NCBI GenBank assembly: GCA_015492645.1
Contig: WGER01000001.1
Coordinates: 15,926 to 79,925, forward strand
Direction of reading: 5' to 3'
From: Nitrospirota bacterium
GTDB taxonomy: Bacteria; Nitrospirota; Thermodesulfovibrionia; Thermodesulfovibrionales; JdFR-85
DNA length: 64,000 nucleotides
The position numbers and the translations under genes are program-made. Positions 31,301 to 40,919 of this stretch are shown piece by piece. The notes beneath the pieces are model-generated. The model was not told the origin of the DNA. It worked only from the letters and a program-made list of their open reading frames with translations, and ran no database searches. Positions within the stretch are counted from its first letter, which is position 1. Each line of letters opens with the position of its first letter.

Positions 31301-33001
31301 CTATCTCTCCCCCTGCCTGATAGCAAGGTAAGGCTCCATCCTGGAGGCCCGGAGGGCAGGATAAAACCCTGAGACAAGACCCACTAACAGGGATATAAGC
31401 ACTGTCGATAGGGCCACCACCATCACCACTGAAGGCGGTGGCCATATATAAAGGAGATTCAGGGCACTCATTATCCTGTTCTTAAATACCAGTAATAATA
31501 CAGTTCCCCAGAGGATTCCAATAATTCCGCCTATGGTGGTAAGGACAATTGCTTCACCAAGGACCATCCTGAACACATGGACCCTTCTGGCCCCTACCGC
31601 TCTGAGGAGTCCTATCTCTCTCAGTCTTTCAGTAACGCTCATACTGAAGACGACTGCAAGTATAAGGGTCCCCATTCCGAGTAAGAGGAGTATCGGTAGA
31701 AAGAGGCTCTTTATCATGGAGATAAGGTGTCTCTTCACCGTTATAGTGGATTCCTTCACCTTGACCACATCCACCTCCGGAAAGGCATCCTTTATCCTCC
31801 TGACAAAGGCATCCACATCCACCCCATCCTTTGTCTTGATAAAGATTGCAGATATCCCCTCAGGGTCTATCTCCTCTGGAGAGGGGATATTTTCAGGGCC
31901 AAAAAGGTGAGTAAAGGAGTCATCCCTGATCTGTTTCCTCTTTTCCACCTCTCCCGCCTCTACCCTGGACTTCACATCTCTCAGTGCGATTCTTATACCG
32001 GTGTAGGGCACAAAGATGGAGTTATCGAAGTAGCCGACCCCTGTAGGGTCAAGACTGGCCACCACATTGAAACTCCTTCCAAAGAGATCTATCTTCTGTC
32101 CAGGATAGAACTTCACTCCTCTGCCCACAACAAGGTCATATGGCCCCTGCCTTCTCTTCAGTTTATAGTTTATCCATGGGGCCACTGTAAAGTCGGTTTC
32201 AGGATCATAGGCTATTATCAGTACATTCTCCACTATACAACACACCAGATAGGAAAAGGGCTGGACAAATAACTGGGAGGTGATCCTGTCCACCTCAGGA
32301 AACCTGCTCAAGCCATCGAATATCCCCTTTTTCAGATAAAATGTGGTTGGACCCCCGCTCAGAAGGACGGTCTTTGCCTCCACCTGTCTGCCCTTGGGTA
32401 CAACCATGAGGTCTGCACCCAGCCTGCCCGCCCCTATCTCAAGGGCATTCTCAACACTCTCCGTCAGAAGCATGTCCATGAAGAGTGCACCAAGGACTAT
32501 AACCAGACTGAGAACTACAGTGGTGGTCCTGAATCTCCGCATCCCGAGATTCGCCTTTATCAGTAAGGGGAGGGTGATCCTCCTTGCCTGTCTCCTTCTG
32601 AACAGGTAGTGGGCCAGGAATACAAAGAGGACAAGAAGTGCCAGTATCAGGAGGGACTCCCTGAGGTGAGTATGTGCCCTTATAGAGTTGGTCTGAGCAA
32701 GGATAACAATCGGTTCCTCCGTGCCCAGATAGAAACTCACAGGCCTCAATGCCAGGGCCTGGATGACGGTAAGCAGGGAAAGGGGAATGAGCAAAAGAAT
32801 GATTCCCCTCTTTTTCAGGTACAATAACCCCACAATTCCGATTGCCACTCCAAGGTATATCTCTGGATGGTACCATACAGAACATTCTGTAAGAAGAAGC
32901 GCCCCTGTTCCACCTTTAAACAATCCAAGGGGCAGGAGAAAGTGGGGCAGGATTATGTAAAGTGTCCCTATGACCAGCAGTACAAGGCTTATAAGCATCA
33001 T
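31301..33001 (-). CDS. MacB/FtsX-like ABC permease with extra N-terminal membrane domain and CC motif
   Basis: RLGADLMVVP, YLVCC, ER.REIGLLRAVGA and YPA.RAS..P..AIR. Confidence 0.88.
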   Translation of the reverse strand: MMLISLVLLVIGTLYIILPHFLLPLGLFKGGTGALLLTECSVWYHPEIYLGVAIGIVGLLYLKKRGIILLLIPLSLLTVIQALALRPVSFYLGTEEPIVILAQTNSIRAHTHLRESLLILALLVLFVFLAHYLFRRRQARRITLPLLIKANLGMRRFRTTTVVLSLVIVLGALFMDMLLTESVENALEIGAGRLGADLMVVPKGRQVEAKTVLLSGGPTTFYLKKGIFDGLSRFPEVDRITSQLFVQPFSYLVCCIVENVLIIAYDPETDFTVAPWINYKLKRRQGPYDLVVGRGVKFYPGQKIDLFGRSFNVVASLDPTGVGYFDNSIFVPYTGIRIALRDVKSRVEAGEVEKRKQIRDDSFTHLFGPENIPSPEEIDPEGISAIFIKTKDGVDVDAFVRRIKDAFPEVDVVKVKESTITVKRHLISMIKSLFLPILLLLGMGTLILAVVFSMSVTERLREIGLLRAVGARRVHVFRMVLGEAIVLTTIGGIIGILWGTVLLLVFKNRIMSALNLLYIWPPPSVVMVVALSTVLISLLVGLVSGFYPALRASRMEPYLAIRQGER

Positions 33002-33068
33002 TTTTATTATAACATATAACCAGCATTAGAGACTCCAATCAGTTTTTTCGGCTGGATTTGTCAGGCGG

Positions 33069-33138
33069 GCAGTGCTGGTTCGGACACAAAGAGACAAAAG
33101 ACGATAGGCAATGAGACGATAGGCAATGGCAGCACTGC
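33069..33138. repeat. 15-bp tandem duplication enclosed by a 9-bp inverted repeat
   Basis: AGACGATAGGCAATG x2 (33099-33128); GCAGTGCTG (33069) and CAGCACTGC (33130). Confidence 0.7.
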
Positions 33139-33157
33139 ACCCTTATTTGATCTAACA

Positions 33158-34156
33158 CTATCCTTCAAGGACAAAGGAGGAAAAGAGCATGGGATAGACT
33201 GAGATGGCCGTAAATACCATCACCGAGATACCGCCAGCAGTTGTCCAGAGCCTCTGCCACCTCCTCAGTGGTAGTTCACTTCTGCCCTTAAAGAACTCTG
33301 ATAGGGATGGGAAGAGCCCAAAAAGGGTCCCCAGAAGAAGACTGATGTAGAGGGGATACCCGACATACCCATAGAGGCCCTGCAGGAGATCAAAGGGGCA
33401 GTGGTGGGTGGGTAGTTCATAGAAGTAGGGGGATATAAAACTGATTATTGATGCTATGCTGACTGGCAGAAAGACCAGTGCCAGTCCCCCCAGCAGATAC
33501 TTTAAGAAGTCCATCTGAAAAACAATGAAGCACAGGGCCACTATGAGGTAAAGGAATACCACAGTAAAGAAGAGATACTCCATCGGTCTGACAGGTGCTC
33601 CAGCAATTGAACTGGCAATTCCACCGGAGTTCTCACTGAAGAGGGCACCACAGCATGAGGTGATGATATTTGGTCTCAGCCCTAAGAAGAATCTCAACTG
33701 AAGGAGTGCCTCTGTTACAAACAGCGGGGTCATGACCAGCAGCAGGGCGTATCTCTTCTTCACAAATGGGACATCCTCTGTCCTCTGGTCCAGGTAATTA
33801 AGGAATATCCAGACTGCTGAGAAAAGGAAGAGGACCAATTTCATGCCAAGGACCCACCACCCAATGGGATTGGCATTGAGTGTGCCTGTGGCACACATGG
33901 CACCCACAAACTGGGTATGAAGATCATCTGCTGTGTATATAAAGAGAAACAGCCCCAGGAGGTTTACCCCGAGGACGAATGAGAGGATAGAGGAGAGCAG
34001 ATAGGTCCTTCTTTCGAGGCTTAATTGGAGGGCTGAACTGCTCTTACTATCCCAGTACCGTATTATCCTCAACCCTGCAAAGGCGCTATAAAGCATCATC
34101 ATATTTACTATTGCAGAACTGCCCAGCAGTGCCACTATCCCTGGATGCAGTATCAC
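33158..34156 (-). CDS. multi-TM protein with Cys/His motifs
   Basis: About 8 TM helices; GAMCATG, ITSCCG and THHCPFD. Confidence 0.75.
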   Translation of the reverse strand: MILHPGIVALLGSSAIVNMMMLYSAFAGLRIIRYWDSKSSSALQLSLERRTYLLSSILSFVLGVNLLGLFLFIYTADDLHTQFVGAMCATGTLNANPIGWWVLGMKLVLFLFSAVWIFLNYLDQRTEDVPFVKKRYALLLVMTPLFVTEALLQLRFFLGLRPNIITSCCGALFSENSGGIASSIAGAPVRPMEYLFFTVVFLYLIVALCFIVFQMDFLKYLLGGLALVFLPVSIASIISFISPYFYELPTHHCPFDLLQGLYGYVGYPLYISLLLGTLFGLFPSLSEFFKGRSELPLRRWQRLWTTAGGISVMVFTAISVYPMLFSSFVLEG

Positions 34157-34836
34157 TGCCCTTCCTCAAGGATTATACCATCACGCATATGGATCACCCT
34201 GTCAACCAGAGACGATTCGTACACCAGGGGATCATGGGTGGCTATTACCACTGTCTTTCCTGCCCCCTTTATTTCTGAGATCATCCTCAGAAATTCCTCG
34301 GAGAGGTGGGTGTCCAGATGGGCTGTGGGTTCATCCGCAAGGACAATCTCAGGATCATTCACCAGTGCCCTCGCAATCGCCACCCTCTGCTGTTCACCCC
34401 CTGAGAGTTGCTCTACCCTGAAATTGGCCCTATGCGATATCTGTAGGAGGTCCATGACCTCCTCTGTCCTCCTTTTTATCTCTCCCAGTGATACCCCGGC
34501 AGGATAAAGTGGCAGCATTATATTCTCCTTCACCGTTATTCCTCTCAACAGATTGAACTGCTGGAAGATGAATCCACATCTCTGGCGTCTTATCTCCGTG
34601 AGAAACCTCTCGGGCAGTTTTGCAACATCTCTGCCATTGACCAGCACCCTGCCTGATGTGGGTCGACTCATACATCCGATAATGCTCAACAGAGAGGTCT
34701 TTCCTGATCCACTTGGCCCTTTCAGGATAACCACCTCATTTTTACCTATCCTGAGGGAGACACCCTTTACCGCGTGGACTTCATTCGGCTGACCCGGGTT
34801 GTATATCTTTGTTACATCCTCTAAGACGATGGCCAT
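34153..34836 (-). CDS. ABC ATP-binding protein (LolD/MacB-like)
   Basis: GPSGSGKT, LSGGEQQR and DEPT. Confidence 0.95.
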   Translation of the reverse strand: MAIVLEDVTKIYNPGQPNEVHAVKGVSLRIGKNEVVILKGPSGSGKTSLLSIIGCMSRPTSGRVLVNGRDVAKLPERFLTEIRRQRCGFIFQQFNLLRGITVKENIMLPLYPAGVSLGEIKRRTEEVMDLLQISHRANFRVEQLSGGEQQRVAIARALVNDPEIVLADEPTAHLDTHLSEEFLRMISEIKGAGKTVVIATHDPLVYESSLVDRVIHMRDGIILEEGQ

Positions 34837-34837
34837 C

Positions 34838-35986
34838 TCAGGACCTTATCACCTCCTCAGGGTCTGTCATGGCAGCCTTCCAGGATGGTGCTATAGTGGC
34901 AGCCATATAGGGGACAACAGTGAGAAACAAGAGGACCATTAATTGGTATACCTCAATTACAGGCCTCAGTTTCAATGATGGAAAGAGCACCGACCATCCC
35001 TTAAGGGCTGACTCCAGCAGGGGGGCACCCAGCATGAACACATGGACAAAACCTGTTATGGTGCCAGTAAGGTAGGCCAGGGAAGAAAGGACAAGCCCTT
35101 CCCAGAACTTCATCTCCATTATATCAGAGGAGTCCCATCCTATCGCCTTCAGAACCCCTATCTCCCTTCTCTCCTCTGCAGAAAGTCCCGTTGCCTTGTC
35201 CCATGCAAAGATGAAGAAGGCGAGCAGTGCTCCTATGAACATACTCAGGACCATACCACTACGCCAGTCAAAAAGCGATTCATATGTCCTGAGGATCTCT
35301 GTACGTGTGATGGGCCTTGAAGAGGGTATCTTCTCCTTTATCTTCTTTGCTATGGTATCTATCTCAGAGGGATTTGCAACCCTCACCACAAGATCAACCG
35401 CATATCCCTCAGGAATCTGGAAGAACCTCTTTATCGTTTCCTCTTTGAGGACCACAAGGTCATTGGTGAGAATGGATGAGGATGTACTGAAGACTCCTGC
35501 CACCCTGAAGGGTCTTGCAATCCCCTCTGGGTCCACCATTACGAGACTGTCTCCTGTCCTGAGTAAGCCCGTTTCAGAGACACCACTTCCGATGAGACAG
35601 TCTTCAGGATCAAGATCTTCTCTACCCTTCAGAGGGAATTCGGAAGACCTTACCCCAAGGACTGTGAAGTTGGCTCCGGTGAAGGGGTCGTAATAGTATC
35701 CCCAGTATCTGGGGCTGGCATCAATAACCCCTGGAATAGAGACGATAGTATCCACCCAGTCAACTGGCACTAAGGCATGTCTGCCTGCCATGAGCCTCTG
35801 GACTGTTATCTCCGGGGATGACTGTAGCAGTAGTTCTGCCTCCCTTTTAAGGGCATGGGTCAAAAAGAGGATGGAGGAGATTATAAAGATGAGAAGAGAG
35901 TAGGCGACCAGAAGGGCCAGGTTCTTGTAACGTCTCCTGCAGAGCCCGGAGAGTGCAAACTCCAGTATAAACAGGTGACGTCTCAT
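34838..35986 (-). CDS. FtsX-like ABC permease
   Basis: ERREIGVLKAIGW; start moved to ATG 35986 (SD GAGGAG). Confidence 0.88.
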   Translation of the reverse strand: MRRHLFILEFALSGLCRRRYKNLALLVAYSLLIFIISSILFLTHALKREAELLLQSSPEITVQRLMAGRHALVPVDWVDTIVSIPGVIDASPRYWGYYYDPFTGANFTVLGVRSSEFPLKGREDLDPEDCLIGSGVSETGLLRTGDSLVMVDPEGIARPFRVAGVFSTSSSILTNDLVVLKEETIKRFFQIPEGYAVDLVVRVANPSEIDTIAKKIKEKIPSSRPITRTEILRTYESLFDWRSGMVLSMFIGALLAFFIFAWDKATGLSAEERREIGVLKAIGWDSSDIMEMKFWEGLVLSSLAYLTGTITGFVHVFMLGAPLLESALKGWSVLFPSLKLRPVIEVYQLMVLLFLTVVPYMAATIAPSWKAAMTDPEEVIRS

Positions 35987-36285
35987 GGTATCTCCTCGGG
36001 TCTCCTTAGATGGGGAGGTACAGAGACTATAGAGCCTGATGGAAAGTGCTCCAGACAGCCTGGACAGTCTTGGAAGGCACTGAAAAGATCTGTCTGTGAT
36101 GGGTGTCGTGTGTACCTCGCCTCTGTCCATATTGAAAGGTCAGTGAGCATCAGGGAGGTCACCAGATCCTTCAATCCCGTAAGACGGACGAACTCCGTTT
36201 GTCCCCTGTAATGACCCCACAACAGGAGTCCCAGCAGTATCAGGCTCTCCGTAATGAGTAATATCAGAAATCTCCTGTATTTCAT
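35983..36285 (-). CDS. small single-TM protein with CxxC
   Basis: TDL..WTEARYTRH...QDCPGCLEHFP; coupled to the permease start. Confidence 0.7.
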   Translation of the reverse strand: MKYRRFLILLITESLILLGLLLWGHYRGQTEFVRLTGLKDLVTSLMLTDLSIWTEARYTRHPSQTDLFSAFQDCPGCLEHFPSGSIVSVPPHLRRPEEIP

Positions 36286-36306
36286 TTATTTCCTCTGGGG
36301 TATATA

Positions 36307-36330
36307 TCGGGGCAGGCAGACCTGCCCCGA
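36307..36330 (-). terminator. stem-loop after nosL-like gene
   Basis: TCGGGGCAGG-CAGA-CCTGCCCCGA. Confidence 0.6.
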
Positions 36331-36334
36331 CAGT

Positions 36335-36841
36335 TTACATCCCCTTCATCCCTTTCATCTTGTGGTGCTTCATCACCGGCAGGTCCGCCGGGGTCACCTC
36401 AGAGAACCTGATCATCTTTCTGCCCTTGTGGTCCTTCATGAAGGTCTCGGCATTTGCCTTCCCCTTAACAGGGATCAGTTCTGCACCCATCGGGCCCATC
36501 ACATCGCTGCCAACAATGAAGTACAGGTCCTCCTCATCAGCCCTTATTAACTTCGTGGTGTAGTACTCTGTCACATACAGTGCCTTTATCTGGGATTTGT
36601 CCTTACCGTATTTAGAGAGGTTGAAGTAGTACCTGAACATGTCCTTTGGTCCGTCAAAGAAGGCGTAACTGCCATCTGTGAACTCGATCTCTGCCACCCA
36701 GTTGGGGTATGGCTTGACCGCCATACCACAGACAGGACATTTGTCTTTATCACCTGGATGCTTTGGTCCCTCTGCAAGCCCATAACCAGCAGAGGTCATT
36801 ATTAAGAAACAAATAGACAGAACACACAGGACCTTCTTCAT
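36335..36841 (-). CDS. nosL: NosL-family copper-binding protein
   Basis: CPVCGM, FDG.KDM and GSDV.GPMG.ELIP; His/Met-rich tail. Confidence 0.88.
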   Translation of the reverse strand: MKKVLCVLSICFLIMTSAGYGLAEGPKHPGDKDKCPVCGMAVKPYPNWVAEIEFTDGSYAFFDGPKDMFRYYFNLSKYGKDKSQIKALYVTEYYTTKLIRADEEDLYFIVGSDVMGPMGAELIPVKGKANAETFMKDHKGRKMIRFSEVTPADLPVMKHHKMKGMKGM

Positions 36842-36895
36842 AACAGACCTCCTTTTCAGTAAAGATTTCTGGATCGGATATGAAATGTCTGTGGG

Positions 36896-37186
36896 TTATG
36901 CCTCTGGTGGTTTAAAGACCTTTGAGGGGATCAACAGTTTATAAAGTGAGTCAGCGGAATACTGGAGAACCTCGCTGATATCATAAGAGAATGCTATCTC
37001 CGTCTGGGGTTCAAAAATCGTGCTTGAGAGGTCTGCAATGAGCCCTCTCGTCTTCTTTGAACATGTATCCAGAGAAAGGGCAACCTTCTGGCCTTTTCCA
37101 TTTATAGAATAGACCGGGGTAAGGACAGCAAAGAATATACTGGCAACAAAGATAAAAAGAATACATACGAGTAAAGGTTTTCTCAT
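36896..37186 (-). CDS. small exported protein, putative CutF/CruR-like leader peptide (KPP)
   Basis: Signal/TM, LDTC and C-terminal VFKPPEA. Confidence 0.55.
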   Translation of the reverse strand: MRKPLLVCILFIFVASIFFAVLTPVYSINGKGQKVALSLDTCSKKTRGLIADLSSTIFEPQTEIAFSYDISEVLQYSADSLYKLLIPSKVFKPPEA

Positions 37187-37599
37187 AGTCTCTTCACCCC
37201 TGCGGTTATCTCAATCTCACCGCTTCTTTGAAACTGAAGTACAATGGTTACCTTCTCAGGCAGGTCATCAGGCAGTCCAAAGAGCATCAGGTGTTTGCTG
37301 CCCGGTTTTAGTTCCAGTTCAGAGTTAGACCTTATCACCATTTTCTGAACCTTTTTCATTCTTCCACCCTGGATATCATGGAGTTCACAGACGACACCAG
37401 GGTATCCCTTGAGGCCACATCCCACAAGTATATCCTCTCCACTGCCATCGTTCAGGATAAGCATAAATACCGAACCAACAGACCTCTTTGTGGAGACCAG
37501 TTGAGGCCATTTTATCGAAAGGAGGGGCTCCCCCTTTTCGCAGGCCAACAGCATCAGGGGCAGAATTAACCAGGTGATCATCTTTTTAACCGTTTTCAA
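37183..37599 (-). CDS. PCu(A)C copper chaperone lipoprotein
   Basis: Lipobox LLAC; ELH......M ... LKPGSKHLML motif. Confidence 0.88.
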   Translation of the reverse strand: MKTVKKMITWLILPLMLLACEKGEPLLSIKWPQLVSTKRSVGSVFMLILNDGSGEDILVGCGLKGYPGVVCELHDIQGGRMKKVQKMVIRSNSELELKPGSKHLMLFGLPDDLPEKVTIVLQFQRSGEIEITAGVKRL

Positions 37600-38269
37600 T
37601 CTGAAGCCTCCCGCGAGCCATCCTGTACACCCTATTGGTCAGTTTTGCCAGGGCCGAGTTGTGAGTGACCATAATGAACGTTATCTGATTCTCACGATTC
37701 ATCTTCTGGAAAAACTCCATCACCTCAGCCTCTGTCTCCTCATCAAGGTCACCTGTGGGTTCATCAGCCAGGATTATCTGTGGTCTGTTTATAAAGGCCC
37801 TTGCAATGGCAACCCTCCTCTGCTGTCCACCACTCAACTGCGCTGGATAGGAGTTTACCTTGTCGTCTATCTTTAGCATCTTCAACAGTTCAATCGCATA
37901 CTCATAGGGATCTGTCTTTTCCCTGCTGAAGGCTGTGGGCAGGAGGACATTCTCAATCACGTTCAGGGTGGGCACCAGACTGGCAAACTGGTATATAAAA
38001 TTTATCTTTCTGTTTCTCAACTCACTCAGTTCATCGTCACTTATTGCCCAGATATCCGTACCATCAATGATGACAGTGCCAGAGTCGGGCTTGGTGAGAC
38101 CACCTATAAGGCTCAAGAGCGTGGTCTTACCACTGCCAGAATGGCCGAGTATAGACAGAAAATCCCCCCTCTGGACGGTGAATGAGACATTGTCCACCGC
38201 CTTGATTACATCTGACCCCACCCTGTATGTCTTCGTGAGGTCTTTCACTTCAATTATCGCATCCATCAT
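37586..38269 (-). CDS. ABC ATP-binding protein (LolD/MacB-like)
   Basis: GHSGSGKT, LSGGQQRR and DEPTG. Confidence 0.95.
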   Translation of the reverse strand: MMDAIIEVKDLTKTYRVGSDVIKAVDNVSFTVQRGDFLSILGHSGSGKTTLLSLIGGLTKPDSGTVIIDGTDIWAISDDELSELRNRKINFIYQFASLVPTLNVIENVLLPTAFSREKTDPYEYAIELLKMLKIDDKVNSYPAQLSGGQQRRVAIARAFINRPQIILADEPTGDLDEETEAEVMEFFQKMNRENQITFIMVTHNSALAKLTNRVYRMARGRLQIENG

Positions 38270-39477
38270 TCACCTCTCCTTATCGCATTATAGGGTTCCA
38301 TGATCATGGATCTTATTGCTGGATATAGAGCAGCTCCCACCCCTGTAATAAGAGACAGTGTTATACAGAGTACTATAAGTACCAGATACTCCCCTACGGA
38401 AGGCCATAGATAGGGGATGTTTAGTGCCTCTCTGATATGGCCCCTGAAGATATACAGAAAGGCACCTCCACCGATGATACCAAGGATACCGCCTATTAAA
38501 GACAGCATCGTCGCTTCTGTCATGATCAATTGAAAGATGTTTCGTCTCTTTGCCCCCATTGCCCTGAGGAGTCCAATCTCTCTCTGGCGTTCATTTACTA
38601 TCATGGAAAAGACGACACCTATCAACAGGAGGGCCATTATCCAGAGTATAAGGCTTACAGAGAGGATACTCCTGAGGAGGATGAAGAGTTGTCTCCTCAC
38701 AGAGGCTATCACCTGTTCAGCCTCTATAGCCTTTACTCCATCAACATCATGTTCAATAAATATGGCCACCCTCCTGGCACTTATTTCAGGGTCTACCTGG
38801 ACAAGGACGGTTGATATCTTGTTCACTGGGAGGTTTGCAGGGACAACACCCTTTTTTTTCTTTGATTCTTCTGCCAGTTTCTTCAGAGCATCATAGGGCA
38901 TGAACACAGAGTTATCTATAAAGTCCATCCCTGTCTCCTCAAGTATACCAACCACCTCAAATTCCTTACCGTAGAACCTTATCTTTGAGCCAACTGTATA
39001 GGCGGTGATCCCTCTACCGATAATCACCTCTTCGGTGCCGAGCGGTCTTGTGAGTTCCTTCGAAAGCCAGGGCATGATAGTAAAATCTGTCTCTGGGTCG
39101 AACCCTATAAGGAGCATGTTGGCCAGGTCACAGCACTGGTATGAGGCACTCTGAAGAAAGACCTGAGATGATGCCCTCTTTACACCCCGCACCCTTCTTA
39201 CCTTCTCCTCGACCTCTCTGTCCATATAAAAGATAGAGGGTTCTCCTGCAAGGAGGGCCGTTTTTGCCTTCGCCTCTGCCTCTGCAGGCACCACCATGAT
39301 GTCGGCACCGAGTCTGGCTGTCCCCCTTTTCAGGCTCCTCTCCACAGACTCTATCACAGTGGTTACAGCAAACAGTGTCCCCGCAACCACCATCACAGAG
39401 GCCACAATAGCGGTGCTTCTGAAGAGTTTCCTTCTGAGGTTTTTTCTTGCTATATGGAAAAGGCTTATACGTGCCAC
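38266..39477 (-). CDS. MacB/FtsX-like ABC permease with CC motif
   Basis: RLGADIMVVP, YQCCD and ERQREIGLLRAMGA; paralog of 31301-33001. Confidence 0.9.
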   Translation of the reverse strand: MARISLFHIARKNLRRKLFRSTAIVASVMVVAGTLFAVTTVIESVERSLKRGTARLGADIMVVPAEAEAKAKTALLAGEPSIFYMDREVEEKVRRVRGVKRASSQVFLQSASYQCCDLANMLLIGFDPETDFTIMPWLSKELTRPLGTEEVIIGRGITAYTVGSKIRFYGKEFEVVGILEETGMDFIDNSVFMPYDALKKLAEESKKKKGVVPANLPVNKISTVLVQVDPEISARRVAIFIEHDVDGVKAIEAEQVIASVRRQLFILLRSILSVSLILWIMALLLIGVVFSMIVNERQREIGLLRAMGAKRRNIFQLIMTEATMLSLIGGILGIIGGGAFLYIFRGHIREALNIPYLWPSVGEYLVLIVLCITLSLITGVGAALYPAIRSMIMEPYNAIRRGE

Positions 39478-39535
39478 TTTGGTCTCCTTTTTTTATATAT
39501 TGGGTTTTAATTATTTGCTATAGACCTCTGAGAAG

Positions 39536-39805
39536 TCAAGTTAAAGGTGGTCTGTCAATCCTGTGAATGGGAGGAAAGGGTATATACAGGAATACACTGA
39601 AAGAGCCCTGAATGGGCCTGCAGTGGTAGAACCAGATGTATGAGACCGGTACAATAACAAGTATTGGATAAAAGATGTGATGTGTCTTATGTTTACACAC
39701 ATCTATGACAAGCCCATGAGACTCTGAAATGGGACCGGCAAGATAGAATGCACCGATAGAGTAGAAGACAAGTAATAGAACTATGATGAAGAGAATCTTC
39801 TTCAT
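39536..39805 (-). CDS. small exported protein, putative CutF/CruR-like leader peptide (RPP)
   Basis: Signal/TM, IDVCKHKTHH and C-terminal IDRPPLT. Confidence 0.55.
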   Translation of the reverse strand: MKKILFIIVLLLVFYSIGAFYLAGPISESHGLVIDVCKHKTHHIFYPILVIVPVSYIWFYHCRPIQGSFSVFLYIPFPPIHRIDRPPLT

Positions 39806-39815
39806 AACTTAAGAA

Positions 39816-39846
39816 TGCCTGGAGGAGAAATACCCTCCTCCAGGCA
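39816..39846 (-). terminator. stem-loop after beta-propeller gene
   Basis: TGCCTGGAGGAG-N7-CTCCTCCAGGCA, then TTCTT on the minus strand. Confidence 0.7.
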
Positions 39847-39854
39847 CCATTTCC

Positions 39855-40919
39855 TTACTGTTCCAGGTCTATTGCCTTCTTCGGGAAGCCCTTTCTGTTC
39901 CAGTCAATGTCGATTCCGCAGAGGAATGGTCTTCCTCCGTCTTTTTCCTCTGGAATCACCACACCAAGGGCACCGTGGCACTTCTTACAGGCAGAGTAGA
40001 CCTTCACGACCCTCTTTGTCTTGGTGTCAATCACCACGATACCGCTGTCGTCCTGCTCAGGGACCTGTCTCACGGCAGCGAGGGCGAACCTTCCGTCAGG
40101 GGTGAAGTCTACATCATGGGGGTTACCACCTGTGATGATAAAGTCCTTCACCTTGCCAGTCTTGGCATCAACGACGACAACACCACCAGGGGCACCACCT
40201 GCCTCGGCATAGCCCACGCCATAGGGCTTGCCACCTTTCAGTTCATTACCCTCGGACTGCCATATTTCTGTCCCCTGGGGATTGAGTCTTGCACGGTGAA
40301 TGAAGTTACCGACACCCTCAATCTTACCAATAACCTTTTTGGTTTTTACATCCACAATGCTTATAAACCCACCGGGCATGTCACTGATATAGGCCTTTTT
40401 GCCATCCTTTGAGAAGGTGATGCCACATATGGACTTGCTGACAGGGAAACTGTCCAGGAGTTTGTGGGTCTTCGGGTCATAGACATAGACATGGCCATCA
40501 GCCATATCAGAGACCCATACAGTACCATCAGGGGCGATATTGGACCCACAGTGTTTTTTACCCAACTTGATCCAGTCGGTCTGTTTGCCCGTCTCCAGGT
40601 CGATCTCCTTTGCATAGCCATCCAGGCTGAATACATAAAGGGTCTTACCGTCCTTTGAGAGTGTGAGGGCGTCTGAATCCTTGCCGTGGGGTATCCTTGC
40701 AACCTTTCCTGTTACAAGGTCAACAAGGGCAACGTGACCGCCGTGAGTCTGGATGTAGGCAACGCCTTTTGTGAACTTAACACCTGCCCTTTCAACACCG
40801 GCTGCCGGACTCTGAGGCACTTCATAGCACTCACCCTTGCCGATTGCAGCATAAACGGAGGGAATAACAAGAACCATAATTAACATTGATAGACCAAGTA
40901 CCATCAATACCTTCTTCAT
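39855..40919 (-). CDS. exported YncE/YVTN-like beta-propeller protein with CxxCH and multiple His/Cys
   Basis: Sec-type signal peptide, propeller repeats, THGGH, KHCG, ICG, IH, PHD, CKKCH and LCG. Confidence 0.82.
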   Translation of the reverse strand: MKKVLMVLGLSMLIMVLVIPSVYAAIGKGECYEVPQSPAAGVERAGVKFTKGVAYIQTHGGHVALVDLVTGKVARIPHGKDSDALTLSKDGKTLYVFSLDGYAKEIDLETGKQTDWIKLGKKHCGSNIAPDGTVWVSDMADGHVYVYDPKTHKLLDSFPVSKSICGITFSKDGKKAYISDMPGGFISIVDVKTKKVIGKIEGVGNFIHRARLNPQGTEIWQSEGNELKGGKPYGVGYAEAGGAPGGVVVVDAKTGKVKDFIITGGNPHDVDFTPDGRFALAAVRQVPEQDDSGIVVIDTKTKRVVKVYSACKKCHGALGVVIPEEKDGGRPFLCGIDIDWNRKGFPKKAIDLEQ

